A stretch of 64,000 nt of DNA from Alphaproteobacteria bacterium. GTDB lineage: Bacteria > Pseudomonadota > Alphaproteobacteria > UBA828. The notes beneath the pieces are model-generated. The model was not told the DNA's origin. It did no database searches and worked only from the letters and a program-made list of their open reading frames with translations. The DNA is taken from assembly GCA_965214705.1 (NCBI GenBank), contig OZ243972.1, positions 2,144,001 to 2,208,000 of the forward strand, read 5' to 3'. The position numbers were made by a program, and so were the translations under genes. Shown piece by piece: positions 9,111-20,459 of the stretch (within the stretch, counting starts at the first letter, position 1; the number at the start of each line of letters is the position of its first letter).

Positions 9111-9260
9111 TTAAAACACTCTTCCGAAATTTGCCGGGATTCTTCACCTGTCTCGGGTGGGCGGCTGGAGACGGACTCGGCCATCGACTAGCATCCGGGC
9201 CGGGCCGGGCGGCGAGTGTCGGCCTGGGCGGAGCGATGACGAGCAGGCGAGGAGACCGGC

Positions 9261-10037
9261 ATGGGCCGTTCGAAGATACTGTTGGCGGGCGAATCGTGGG
9301 TTACGGCCGCAACGCACATCAAGGGCTTCGATCAGTTCCCCACGGTCACCTTCCATCGCGGCGCCGACGCGCTGGCCGAGGCGCTGGCGGACAGCGATTT
9401 CGCGCTCACCTACATGCCGGCCCACGAAGCGCAGACGCACTTTCCGTCGACCCTCGCCGGGCTTTGGGAATACGACGCCGTCATTCTCAGCGACATCGGC
9501 GCCAACACCCTGCTCCTGCATCCCGATACGTGGATCGAGAGCAAGCCCACGCCGAACCGGCTCAAGCTCATCCGCGACTACGTGGGCGAAGGCCGTGGCC
9601 TGATGATGGTCGGCGGCTATTACAGCTTCCAGGGCATCAATGCCGGCGCCCGCTACCGGGGAACGCCGGTCGAGGAGGTGCTGCCCGTGACGATCCTGCC
9701 CTGGGACGATCGCGTCGAAGTGCCGGAAGGGTTCCGAGCGGAGGTCAAGGGGCCTGCCGCTCATCCTATCCTCGCGGGCCTCGGCACCGAGTGGCCGATA
9801 CTGCTGGGCTACAACGAGGTCGCGCTGAAGGAGAAGGCGGAGCTTCTGCTGAAGGTCCCGGACGACGCGGGCGGGCATCCCCTGCTGGCGACGGGCGCCT
9901 ACGGCAAGGGCCGCGCCATCACCTGGACCTCGGACATCGGCCCGCACTGGTGCCCGCCCGGCTTCGTCTCGTGGGAGGGCTACGGCCGCCTGTGGCAGCA
10001 GTGCCTCGCGTGGCTGACGCAGGCCTCGGATCGCTGA
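9261..10037 (+). CDS. glutamine amidotransferase-like protein (GATase1_like/DUF1355)
   Basis: KILLAGESW...HIKGFDQF, ILSDIGANTLLL, MVGGYYSFQG, WTSDIGPHW. Confidence 0.85.
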   Translation: MGRSKILLAGESWVTAATHIKGFDQFPTVTFHRGADALAEALADSDFALTYMPAHEAQTHFPSTLAGLWEYDAVILSDIGANTLLLHPDTWIESKPTPNRLKLIRDYVGEGRGLMMVGGYYSFQGINAGARYRGTPVEEVLPVTILPWDDRVEVPEGFRAEVKGPAAHPILAGLGTEWPILLGYNEVALKEKAELLLKVPDDAGGHPLLATGAYGKGRAITWTSDIGPHWCPPGFVSWEGYGRLWQQCLAWLTQASDR

Positions 10038-10097
10038 TCGCGCGCGCCGGCCTCCAGTCGGTATCCCAGGCTGCTGCGCGGGTGCGGCCTCCGGCCC

Positions 10098-10921
<824 letters not shown>

Positions 10922-10925
<4 letters not shown>

Positions 10926-11824
10926 TGCGCTGCACCCATGCGGATCGTGCCTCGATGAGTCGGTCCGCCGCCGCCGGGCACGCGCAGACGCCAGAGCTGG
11001 CCATTGGAGTTGGGCTCCTCGGTCACGACCAGGGCCCCGGCGTCGGTCACCCACATGGTCTCGCCGTCGAAGACGCAGTTCGTGGGCGCGCCGCCACAGG
11101 CAATGAACCCGTCGACCGTGCCGTCGGGATTCAGCACGTGCATACCGCCGGCGGAGAGGTCGGTCACGTAGAGCCGGCCGTCGGCACCGACGGTCATGCC
11201 GTCCAGGATGGAGTTGTCACCGGGCATTCGGCCCAAGTCTTCGATGGTGCCGTCGGGCCGCAGGCGGCCGACGTGGCCGGTGTAGGATTCGTCCCACACG
11301 ATGGAGCCGTCGGCCTCGACGGCGACGCCGTTGGGGAAGACGGGTTCGGGAAAGTCGACGAGGAGGCTGGTGCTGCCGTCCGGCGCGATGGCGAAGATGT
11401 AGCTCGGGTTCGGATCGTCCGGGTTGTAGGTGCCGGGATCGGTGAAGATCAACCGCCCGTCCGCGTGGAAGACCAGATCGTTGGGGCCGTTCAACGCAAT
11501 GCCCCCGATCTCCGTGACCAGGGTCTCGGCCGCGCCGCCCTCGTGCACGCGCTGGATGGAGGGCGTGGTCATCTCCGCCGACCGCCACGGGCCCACGGTG
11601 CCGCCGTTCTGGCAGACGTAGAGCGCGCCGTCGCCGCCGAGCACGCAGGCGTTGGGCGCGCCCGCGGTGTAAGCGAAGCGGCGCATCTCGCCGCCCGCGT
11701 CGACCACCGTGAGCTGGCTCCGGTAGCTCTCGACGAAGACGACGCTGCCGTCGGCCCTCACGGTGGGGCCCTCGGGCCAGCCGAGGCCGGAGGCCACGAG
11801 TACGGGTGCTTCTCCACTGTTCAT
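10922..11824 (-). CDS. SMP-30/gluconolactonase family protein
   Basis: GLGWPEGP, LNGPNDL, FPNGVA, DGMTVGADG, PTNCVF. Confidence 0.9.
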
Positions 11825-12654
11825 TTTACGGCTCCTGCGGTCAGTCCGCGCACGATATAGCGCTGCACGAAGAGCGAGAAGATCAGGATGGGCACCACTG
11901 TCACCACGCCCACCGCTGCGGCGATGTTCCAGTCGATGGGCCGTTGCGCGCTGACCAGCGTGGCAGCGCCGAGCGCGATGGTCTGGAATTCCCGCGAATC
12001 GATGACGTAGAGCGCGACCAGAAACTCGTTCCAGATGAAGATCGCGCCGAACAGCGACGCTGTCACCAGTCCGGGCCGCACCATGGGCAACATCACGCGC
12101 CACAACACCTCGAAGCGGGTGCAGCCGTCCATGATCGCGGCGTCGTCGATCTCCTGCGGGATCTCGTCGAAGAACCCGATCATGATCCAGACCACCAGCG
12201 GCAGAGAGAACGCGATGTAGGGCAGGATCAGCCCCAAGTAGCTGTCGTGCGTGCCCACCCACTGCATCATCAGGAAGAGCGGGATCGCGATGGCGACCGG
12301 CGGCATGAAGCGCATGCTCAGGATCGTGAAGGCGAGGTTCTCGTTGCCGCGAAAACGGAAGCGCGAGAAGGCGTAGGCCGCAGGCGTCGCGATCACGAGC
12401 ACCAGCACCGTGGTGGCGCCCACCACGATGATCGAGTTGACGGTGAACTCCAGCATGCCCTGGCTGAACAGAACTTCGTTGTAGTTCTTCGTGATCCGGG
12501 CCCACTTGAAATCGAGGGTCGGCGGCACCTGCGCCAGAATCTCGATGCGCTTCTTGGTGGAGAGAACCCCGAGATAGACGATGGGCGCGATGCCGGCGAG
12601 CCCGAGCATGATCAGCACGAGATAGGCGAACGCCCTGCCGATCTTCCGCTTCAT
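11821..12654 (-). CDS. carbohydrate ABC transporter permease
   Basis: EIDDAAIMDG EAA loop, WNEF, GLTAGAVK. Confidence 0.92.
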   Translation of the reverse strand: MKRKIGRAFAYLVLIMLGLAGIAPIVYLGVLSTKKRIEILAQVPPTLDFKWARITKNYNEVLFSQGMLEFTVNSIIVVGATTVLVLVIATPAAYAFSRFRFRGNENLAFTILSMRFMPPVAIAIPLFLMMQWVGTHDSYLGLILPYIAFSLPLVVWIMIGFFDEIPQEIDDAAIMDGCTRFEVLWRVMLPMVRPGLVTASLFGAIFIWNEFLVALYVIDSREFQTIALGAATLVSAQRPIDWNIAAAVGVVTVVPILIFSLFVQRYIVRGLTAGAVK

Positions 12655-13568
12655 TTCGCGTACCCCGGCCGTATCTGGACGAAGCGGAGCAGCACGATCG
12701 TGCCGACCGCGAGAATCAGCAGCATCATGTACGAAGCCGCGGCGGCATAGCCGTAGTTCTGCCACTGGAAGCCGTTCTGGAACGAGAAGAAGCTGAGCGT
12801 CGTCGTGCTCCTTGCCGGCCCGCCGTAGCTCAACCCGAAGATGAGGTCGAAGGAGCGGAACGAATCGACCGCACGGAAGACCGCGGCGAAGATAATCGCG
12901 GGCATCAGGACCGGCAGGGTGACGAAGCGGAAGGTGGCGAGCGGCTTCGCGCCGTCGACGATGGCGGCCTCGAACACCTCCTGCGGCAGCGCCTGCAGGC
13001 GGGCATAGACGATGATGAAGACGAACGGCGTCCACTGCCACGACTCGACGAGGATGAGCGTTGGCATCGCCATTTCGATCGAGCCGAACCAGTTCGGCGG
13101 CTCTAGGCCGACCGCCTCGATGCACCAGTTGACGAGCCCCCAGTCAGGGTTGAGCAGGGCCCGCCACATCACGCCGACGACGATGGGCGTGATCAGCATG
13201 GGCAGCACGAGGATGCCGCGCACGAGCCACGCGCCCCTGAGCTGCAGATTGAAGAACATCGCGAGCGCGACCCCGAGCACGACCTGAATTGCCAGCGAGG
13301 CGCTCACCATGACCGCGCTGTTCTTGGTCGCGTTCCAGAAGTGCGGGTCGCGCAGCAGGTCGCCGTAGTTCCTGAGACCGACCCAGTCTCCGGTGCCTGC
13401 TGCCGCGGTCAGGTCCGTGAACGAAAGCCGCAGGCTGTAGAAGAGCGGAAAGATCGCAAACGCCGCAAGATAAAGCAGGGTCGGCGCGAGGAGCAGCCAT
13501 ACGACTGTCCCCGGCCGATCCAGCTTCCCCAGCTTGGTGCCGAGCCGTTCGCGACTGGCGGGGGTCAT
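12651..13568 (-). CDS. carbohydrate ABC transporter permease
   Basis: WQWTPF, EVFEAAIVDGA. Confidence 0.92.
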   Translation of the reverse strand: MTPASRERLGTKLGKLDRPGTVVWLLLAPTLLYLAAFAIFPLFYSLRLSFTDLTAAAGTGDWVGLRNYGDLLRDPHFWNATKNSAVMVSASLAIQVVLGVALAMFFNLQLRGAWLVRGILVLPMLITPIVVGVMWRALLNPDWGLVNWCIEAVGLEPPNWFGSIEMAMPTLILVESWQWTPFVFIIVYARLQALPQEVFEAAIVDGAKPLATFRFVTLPVLMPAIIFAAVFRAVDSFRSFDLIFGLSYGGPARSTTTLSFFSFQNGFQWQNYGYAAAASYMMLLILAVGTIVLLRFVQIRPGYAK

Positions 13569-13608
13569 CCCGCGATCGGGTTACTCGTCTTGTCGGGCCC
13601 TCTTCTGC

Positions 13609-15048
13609 CTAAGCGAGGTGACCCGCCTTGCGCAGAACGTCCTCCCACTGGGCCTGCACGTTGTCGCACGCGGTCTTCGCGTCCTGCGCGCCGATGAGCG
13701 CCGCGTTGAACTCGACGTTCATCATGGCGTTCATCTGGAAGAACTCCGGGATGCGCGAGGTCGGGATGGTCACCGCGTTCTCGATGGCAGACAGCGCGTG
13801 CTCCAGATAGGGGAACCTCTTGAGCAGCTCCGGATCCTTGAAGGCCGAGGTGCGGTTGGCGTCGATGTTGTAGGCCTCGATCGAGTAGCGGTTGATCCGC
13901 TTGTTGGTGACCCAGGTCAGCGCCCGCCAGGCTGCGCCCCTCTTGGCGGGATCGATATTCGCAGGAATGCCAACTCCCCAGCCGCCCTGGATTGCACTCG
14001 GCATATGCCCCGGCCCCGCCGGCACGGGCGCGGTCCCCGTGACATCAGCGACCAGCGAGTTCTCCTCGTTGAGCACCGGCCCGGCGATGGTCGACCAGAA
14101 GATCATCTGCGCGATCCTGCCGGTGGAGAATCCGTCCACGTTCTCGGCGAAGCCGTATTGCGTGACGTTCTTCGGCGCGTAGGGCAGGTAGTCGATAAGC
14201 ATCTGCAACGCGTTGATGCCCTCGGCCGAGTTGATCTGCGGCGTGAAGTTCTTCTCGTTGGGGTCGCCGCTCATCAGGCTGCCCCCGGTGGTGATGAAGC
14301 GCGTGTACCAGTCCACCGTGGCCAGCGAGAAATCGTTGGCGCCGATAAAGCTGCATCCGGCCACGTCGTCGCTGTGCAACGCCTGGGCGGCCGCCATGAA
14401 CTCGTCCCAGGTGCTCGCCGGCTGCAGGCCGGCCTCCTCGAACAGGTCCTTGCGGTAGAAGTAGATGACCGAGCCGGAATGGAGGCCCGGAACGCCGTAG
14501 ACGTCCGTGCCCTTGCCGACCGTCCCCGTCGCCATGTCGTAGTATCCGACATTTCTCATGGCAGCCGGAATGAAGTCGTCGAAGTCCCAATCGGGCGGCG
14601 TCTCCGCCGGGTCGTCGATGAACTCGTTGAGCTGCATGAAGTAGCCGCCGCCGACCTGTTGCGTGGTCAGGAATCCCAGGTACTCGATCAGCTCGAACGA
14701 CGACTGCTCGGCCTTGAGGTTTTGCAGCGTCTTCTCGATCAACGGGCCGAGGGCCGGCGCCGAGACCACCAGGTCGATTCCGGTTTCCGCCTTCATCTCG
14801 GGCAGCAGATCGTCGAGCGCCCGGTGATCGTTCTCGTCGCCGGTCATGAGGATGTTGATCTCGGTCCCGGCGTATTTCATCGGGTCGTAGTCGGCGGCGA
14901 ACGCTTTCCGAGCGCCCACCAGGCCGGGAAGCGCTGCGGCAGTGACGCCGGCGGCACCCGCGCCCTTGATGACTTGACGACGATTCACCCCGCCGGGGGT
15001 GCCCTTGCCCGGCTCGGCCTCGCGACCGGACTCGTTCTTACGGCCCAT
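13609..15048 (-). CDS. carbohydrate ABC substrate-binding protein, Tat-exported
   Basis: NRRQVIKG twin-arginine signal; YRKDLFEEAG, PASTWDE. Confidence 0.88.
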   Translation of the reverse strand: MGRKNESGREAEPGKGTPGGVNRRQVIKGAGAAGVTAAALPGLVGARKAFAADYDPMKYAGTEINILMTGDENDHRALDDLLPEMKAETGIDLVVSAPALGPLIEKTLQNLKAEQSSFELIEYLGFLTTQQVGGGYFMQLNEFIDDPAETPPDWDFDDFIPAAMRNVGYYDMATGTVGKGTDVYGVPGLHSGSVIYFYRKDLFEEAGLQPASTWDEFMAAAQALHSDDVAGCSFIGANDFSLATVDWYTRFITTGGSLMSGDPNEKNFTPQINSAEGINALQMLIDYLPYAPKNVTQYGFAENVDGFSTGRIAQMIFWSTIAGPVLNEENSLVADVTGTAPVPAGPGHMPSAIQGGWGVGIPANIDPAKRGAAWRALTWVTNKRINRYSIEAYNIDANRTSAFKDPELLKRFPYLEHALSAIENAVTIPTSRIPEFFQMNAMMNVEFNAALIGAQDAKTACDNVQAQWEDVLRKAGHLA

Positions 15049-15166
15049 TGTGTCTCCTCCCTGTTCTGACTCCCGGCGCTTATGCGCCAGTCGCGGACAA
15101 AACTATCACCGAAGTCATAGGGGGGGCCAGCAGCCTGCCGGGCAGGGGGCCCGGCGATGGGGCGGA

Positions 15167-15967
15167 TTACGCGGTCATGTAGCCGTCGTCGCACATGATG
15201 GTGTGGCCGGTCACCAGCTCCGACGCATCGCTCGCGAGGAAGATCGCCGCCCCGATCAACTCGCGCGGCAGGCCGACCCGCGGCCGGATCATGCGCGCCT
15301 TGATGAAGTCGGCGGTGAACGAGGTCGTCTGGGCGGCCTTGCGGGTCATCGGGGATTCCATCAGCGTCGGGCCGATCCCGTTGACCCGGACGCCGCGCTC
15401 GCGCCACTCCAGCGCCATCACCTTGGTCACCTGGGCGACCCCGCCCTTGGACGCGAGATAGGCGCTCGACAACGGATAGGCGATGAAGGAGCCGATCGAC
15501 GCCATGTTGATGATGCTGCCCTTTCCCTGATCGAGCATGACGTTGCCGAACGCCTGGCAGCAGAGATACGTGCCCTTCAGGTTCAGCTCGATGATGTAGT
15601 CGAAGCGCTCCTCGGGGAACTCCTCGGCCGGGCTGCGGTGGGCGCCGCCCGCGCTGTTGACGAGGATGTCGACGCGGCCGTGCTCGCGCCGCACCGCGTC
15701 CGCCACTTCGAAGCACTGGCTGCGCTTGGTGACATCGAGGGTGACCGTCGCAGCAGTCCCACCTTGCTCGTCGATGGTCGCCTTGGTCTCGGCCGCGCCG
15801 TCTTCATTGATGTCGGCGACGACGACCGTGACGCCGCATTGTGCGTAGCCGATGGCGATGGCCCGACCGAGACCGCTGCCGCCGCCCGTGATCACGGCCA
15901 CCCGGCCGGTGAGGTCGAAAATGTCGCGCGCGTAGCCGAGCGGAACACTGGTCTCGTCCGAGGACAT
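15167..15967 (-). CDS. SDR oxidoreductase (gluconate 5-dehydrogenase/KduD-like)
   Basis: FDLTGRVAVITGGGSGLG, YLASKGG. Confidence 0.88.
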   Translation of the reverse strand: MSSDETSVPLGYARDIFDLTGRVAVITGGGSGLGRAIAIGYAQCGVTVVVADINEDGAAETKATIDEQGGTAATVTLDVTKRSQCFEVADAVRREHGRVDILVNSAGGAHRSPAEEFPEERFDYIIELNLKGTYLCCQAFGNVMLDQGKGSIINMASIGSFIAYPLSSAYLASKGGVAQVTKVMALEWRERGVRVNGIGPTLMESPMTRKAAQTTSFTADFIKARMIRPRVGLPRELIGAAIFLASDASELVTGHTIMCDDGYMTA

Positions 15968-16148
15968 CGGCACCTCCGGAGTGCGTGAAGAGTGGCGCGA
16001 CCGGGCCGCATCCCGCCGGAATCTTCCGTCGCCGGACGGTACCCATCGCGCCCGAAAGCCTGTATCAAACTGTGGATTGGCGACGGTAGTGGGGCGCACT
16101 GATGCGGTCAATGCGCCGGGGCGTGTCGACGCTGGGCGGGGAGTCCCG

Positions 16149-17363
16149 ATGGGCGCGATCGGGCTGAGCGGGATCAGGAAGGTCTTTCCGGACGGCACGG
16201 TGGCCGTCAACGACGTGGACCTCGAAATCGACGACGGCGAGTTCGTCGTGTTCGTCGGGCCTTCGGGGTGCGGCAAGACCACTCTGCTGCGGCTGATCTC
16301 CGGGCTTGAGACCATGACCGCCGGCGAGATTCGCTTCGACGGCCAGGTCATCAACGACGTTTCGCCGCGCGAGCGCAACATGGCCATGGTCTTTCAGAAC
16401 TACGCCCTCTACCCGCACATGACCGTGCGCCAGAACATCGCCTTTGCGCTCCGCGTGCGGAAGTTCCGCCAGGCCGAGATCGCCGAACGGGTGAACGAGG
16501 CGGCGCGGATTCTCGATCTCGACCAGCTTCTCGACCGCAAGCCGAAGCAGCTCTCCGGCGGCCAGCGGCAGAGGGTGGCCATGGGGCGGGCGATCGTGCG
16601 CCATCCGGGTGCGTTCCTGCTCGACGAGCCGCTCTCCAATCTGGACGCCAAACTGCGGGTGCAGTTGCGCACCGAGCTGCGGCGCCTCCACGAACGCCTC
16701 GGCGTGACCACGATCCATGTCACCCACGACCAGGTGGAGGCGATGACCCTGGGCGACCGCGTCGCCATATTCTCGGAAGGCTCGCTCCAGCAGTACGACA
16801 CTCCACAGGCGCTCTATCGCCAACCGGCCAACATCTTCGTGGCCGGCTTCATCGGCAGCCCGGCGATGAACTTCGTCGAAGCCGTGCTCACCGGGAGCGG
16901 TGCGGAGGTTGCGGCGTCGATAGGCGGCACCGAAATCACGCTCGGACCCCTGTCGCTCAGCGACGGAGCCGGCCCCGGCGATCGCGTGCTCTTAGGCGTT
17001 CGACCCGAGCACTTGGGATGGCGGCGTAGCGAGAATGGCGCGTCGGGCGTCCTGCAGGCCCGCGTCGAACTGGTCGAACACATCGAGCCCGAGGCCCACG
17101 TTTCCGCATCCCTGGTGGACCCGGCCGTCGTCGTCCGCACCGCCGACGAATTCGTCGGTGATAGCCATGAGGACACGACTGCACTGGCGCACGAGGATGC
17201 CCGTTTCCTCACGCTGCGGGTCTCTGCGGATGAGGTACCCGAACGCGGCGAGGTCATCGACCTGATCATGGACGGCGATCGCATCCGCCTGTTCGACCTT
17301 GCGAACGGCAACCGCCTTGGCCACAAGCACGAGCCACGGGGTCCGCAACGAGGACAGACCTGA
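16149..17363 (+). CDS. carbohydrate ABC ATP-binding protein (MalK/UgpC-like)
   Basis: GPSGCGKT, LSGGQRQR, LLDEPLSNLDAKLR. Confidence 0.95.
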   Translation: MGAIGLSGIRKVFPDGTVAVNDVDLEIDDGEFVVFVGPSGCGKTTLLRLISGLETMTAGEIRFDGQVINDVSPRERNMAMVFQNYALYPHMTVRQNIAFALRVRKFRQAEIAERVNEAARILDLDQLLDRKPKQLSGGQRQRVAMGRAIVRHPGAFLLDEPLSNLDAKLRVQLRTELRRLHERLGVTTIHVTHDQVEAMTLGDRVAIFSEGSLQQYDTPQALYRQPANIFVAGFIGSPAMNFVEAVLTGSGAEVAASIGGTEITLGPLSLSDGAGPGDRVLLGVRPEHLGWRRSENGASGVLQARVELVEHIEPEAHVSASLVDPAVVVRTADEFVGDSHEDTTALAHEDARFLTLRVSADEVPERGEVIDLIMDGDRIRLFDLANGNRLGHKHEPRGPQRGQT

Positions 17364-17466
17364 TCGGCCAGGAGCGCCTGTCTCCGGATCAAAGAGGGTA
17401 CGGACCTCGGGATCGTAAACGCCGCGCTCGCGCTCGCCGACCGCGCCGGCTGTTGAGAAATGCGGT

Positions 17467-19491
17467 CTAAAGACGCACGTCGTGCAGCGGCCGGCTCCAG
17501 TTGGGGGCGCGCTGCGCGACACGGACAACGTCCTCTTCCAGCATCAGACCGTCGGCGACCAGACGTTCCGCTGTCTCGACGATCGCGGCGACATAGCCCT
17601 CGGCATCGCCGTAGCGCTGCTCGACGGAGGACCTCGGGTCGCCCGTGGCGGCACGGACCGACTCCGTCTCGGGCAAGGGGATCGTGCTGCCGGTGAACTC
17701 GTGCATGGCGCCTTCGCCCTGGCCCCTCTTCCGCAGGTTCCAGCCGGTGTAGGTCGCGAGCGGTGCTTCGACCATCGGCACCCGGACCCCGGCAATGTCG
17801 TTGCCGTCCGCATCGACCGCCGGCACCAGCACGGTGTAGCCCTCGGGATCGACGACGTCGGGCGGCAGCGTGCTCTGAATGCCGTCCGCCGCCGCCGGCC
17901 CGAAGTCGAGGAGCGGCAGCGCGCTGGGCCCGCGCGGCGTCGCGATCCCTGGGATGGCGGGGAACTGCGCGCGCCATACGTCCATGCCGACGAGGCTGCC
18001 GTCGGCGCGCCTGGGGATGCAGCTTGCCGGCGGTTTGTCACCGTCGCTCGCCCACCGGTCCATCGCGTCGAGCAGCGCGCGGAACAGCATCGAGGTCTGG
18101 ACCACGTTGCTCAGGTTCTGGCACACGCCACGCACCGGTGCGCCCTGGTTGGGATCGGCCACGTGCGGCGCGCTCGACCAGAAGTAGACCCGCACGTTGC
18201 CGGGCTGCTCCAGGTCATTGCCCTCGGTGTCGGTATGCACGAGCGAGCCGCGCCGCTGCCAGTATTCCGTCGCGGTCTGGGTATGGAAGATCAGCGGGTC
18301 GGTCTCGGGCCGCTTGCAGATCGCGTCCGACCTGCCGGTCAAGTGATCCGTGCACGCCGCATAGGAGAACGGGAAGCTGTCGGCGGCGTTGTCGTGGTCC
18401 TCGTACTGCTGCCCCGCCGGCACGACGACGTTGGCGAAGCGGTGGTTCATCCACATGCGCCCGCAGCCTGCGACGTGCGCCAGCACGCCGTCGAACACCT
18501 TGCGCCCTGCCGCATCGGCGTTGAAGCCGCGATAGATCGCATCGCGGATGCAGCGCCCGGTCTGGGAGCGGCCGAAGGCGTAGGCCTTCTCCATCGGCCC
18601 GGCGCCCGCCACGGGGTTGGCGCGCCCTTCGCTGTCTCCCGCCTCGTACTTCAGGAAGCTCGCCAGGTCGCGCACCGCCACGTGTCCGAGGCCCAGCACC
18701 AACGGATCGCGGCCTTCGTACACCAGCTCGTAGATCCAGCCGGGCTCGAAGCCATCCGGTAGATAGATGTGGGTGTCGGACTCGACGATGGCGTGCTCGG
18801 CGCCCTGGAAATCGAGGCCCACACCGGTTTCGACGCGCGCGAACTGCCAGGCCTCCGGCGCGATCTCGACGCGCGCGTCATCGGGATAGCGGCGGCGCGT
18901 CAGCCGTGCCTTTGCAGGATCGCGCGAGACTGTCGGGTGGCTGCGGGTGGAGACCCAGCCGCTCAGCGGCAGCGTGGTCTGGCCCTCCTGCGCGACGATG
19001 AACTCGGTCCGCACCGGGCCGGTGAGCGGCGCGTCGCCGTCGGTCGCGACGGGCAGGGTCAGGATCATGCGGCCGTCGCCGGGCAGCAGGTCGCCCTGCC
19101 AGGCGCCCCAGACCACCGTGTAGCCGCGGCGGAACAGATAGCCGTTGCCGGCGTGCTCCAGCGTCGTCGGATCGTTGCAGGCCGGTGCGTCGCAAAAATA
19201 CTGCACGGCCCGCTTGTTGCCGCGGTTGCCGTAATCGAAGAAGAGCCGTCTGTTGCCGCGGGCCGGATCGGCCGGTTTCAGAATGCACAGATCGGCGGCG
19301 AACTCGACCAGGCCATCGCGATTGCGGGGGGCCTTGTTCAGATCGACGATCCCTGCCTGCGCCGGCGCATCGGGATCGACGGCGAACCGCGCCCGCCCGA
19401 TCAGCCGCTCGTAGGCGCCGGCATCGCCGAATTCGTGGCCGCCGGCAAAGGCCCGGCGTTCGTGGATGTCGATCGCGATCGTGTTGCTCAA
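17467..19491 (-). CDS. large alpha/beta-hydrolase-domain protein of unknown substrate
   Basis: FGDAGAYERL, NRGNK, GRSQTGR, TEYWQRRGSL, DADGNDIAG; probable TTG start. Confidence 0.7.
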   Translation of the reverse strand: MSNTIAIDIHERRAFAGGHEFGDAGAYERLIGRARFAVDPDAPAQAGIVDLNKAPRNRDGLVEFAADLCILKPADPARGNRRLFFDYGNRGNKRAVQYFCDAPACNDPTTLEHAGNGYLFRRGYTVVWGAWQGDLLPGDGRMILTLPVATDGDAPLTGPVRTEFIVAQEGQTTLPLSGWVSTRSHPTVSRDPAKARLTRRRYPDDARVEIAPEAWQFARVETGVGLDFQGAEHAIVESDTHIYLPDGFEPGWIYELVYEGRDPLVLGLGHVAVRDLASFLKYEAGDSEGRANPVAGAGPMEKAYAFGRSQTGRCIRDAIYRGFNADAAGRKVFDGVLAHVAGCGRMWMNHRFANVVVPAGQQYEDHDNAADSFPFSYAACTDHLTGRSDAICKRPETDPLIFHTQTATEYWQRRGSLVHTDTEGNDLEQPGNVRVYFWSSAPHVADPNQGAPVRGVCQNLSNVVQTSMLFRALLDAMDRWASDGDKPPASCIPRRADGSLVGMDVWRAQFPAIPGIATPRGPSALPLLDFGPAAADGIQSTLPPDVVDPEGYTVLVPAVDADGNDIAGVRVPMVEAPLATYTGWNLRKRGQGEGAMHEFTGSTIPLPETESVRAATGDPRSSVEQRYGDAEGYVAAIVETAERLVADGLMLEEDVVRVAQRAPNWSRPLHDVRL

Positions 19492-19516
19492 TCCATGCTC
19501 CCGTCCGCAGGTGCTC

Positions 19517-20377
19517 CTATGCGGCACCGATACGCTCGGCGATGGCCACGATCCGGTGCATCTCGCGCAGCACCGGCTTCTCGATCAGCTTGCCGTCGAT
19601 CACCACCAGCCCGGTATCGGCCGCCTCGAACTCCGCGATGATGCGCCGCGCGCGGGTGATCCGGTCGGGCGACGGCGTGAACACCTCGTTGAGCGCCGGA
19701 ATCTGCTTGGGGTGCACCGCGCCCTTGCCGCAGAAGCCCAGATCCCGCGCCTGGATCGCGGCACGCGTCATGCCGTCCGGATCCTCGAGATCGAGGTAGG
19801 GCACGTCAATCACGTCGAGCCCCGCGCTGGCGGCGGCGTGGACCACGCGCGAGCGGGCATAGAGCAGCGGCTCCCACGCGTTCTGGCAGCGCAGCTCGGC
19901 GGCCATGTCGACGCCGCCGAAGAACATCGCGTCGATGCGCGGGCTGCAGTGAGCGATGTCGTGGGCCGCCTCCAACCCGGCGTTGGTCTCGACGATGACG
20001 TGCAGGCGGGTGTCGTGGCCGCGCTCGGTCAGCAGGTCGTCGAGCAGCACCACCTCGTCCGGCGTGCGCACCTTGGGCATCATCAGCGCGGGCGGCGGCG
20101 TGTCGCTGGCCAGGACAGCCTGCACGTCTGCGATGCCGAAGCCTTCGCGCAGCGAGTTGATGCGGACGATCCGCTCCACCCCGTCATCGGCCTGCGGGCC
20201 CTCGAAGAGCTCGATCGCGTTGGCACGCGCGGCCGCCTTGTCCTTGGGCGCGATCCCGTCCTCAAGCTCGACGCAGACCATATCCGCGCCGCTCGCGAGG
20301 GCTTTGGGGAACATCTCGGGCCGCAGGCCCGGCACGAAGATGAACGAGCGGCGGGGGCGAATGCGCGGTCCGGGCAT
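19517..20377 (-). CDS. CitE/HpcH-family CoA-ester lyase
   Basis: RRSFIFVPG, ELEDG, IVET, GKGAVHPKQI, IDGKLIEKP. Confidence 0.88.
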   Translation of the reverse strand: MPGPRIRPRRSFIFVPGLRPEMFPKALASGADMVCVELEDGIAPKDKAAARANAIELFEGPQADDGVERIVRINSLREGFGIADVQAVLASDTPPPALMMPKVRTPDEVVLLDDLLTERGHDTRLHVIVETNAGLEAAHDIAHCSPRIDAMFFGGVDMAAELRCQNAWEPLLYARSRVVHAAASAGLDVIDVPYLDLEDPDGMTRAAIQARDLGFCGKGAVHPKQIPALNEVFTPSPDRITRARRIIAEFEAADTGLVVIDGKLIEKPVLREMHRIVAIAERIGAA

Positions 20378-20459
20378 GAGGAGGCCTTTGCTGTGGTGCG
20401 GTCCGGCGGAGCTTTGCCCTGCCCGGACCGGGTTGTCTACGGTGCCGGCGGCCGCCTCG

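Larger units (their letters stand above)
8320..9165 (+). repeat. dispersed repeat copy 1 (full: left arm + DUF3486 gene + tandem-array right arm)
   Basis: Aligns by eye with 22967-23418 (+) and 40123-40373 (-). Confidence 0.9.
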
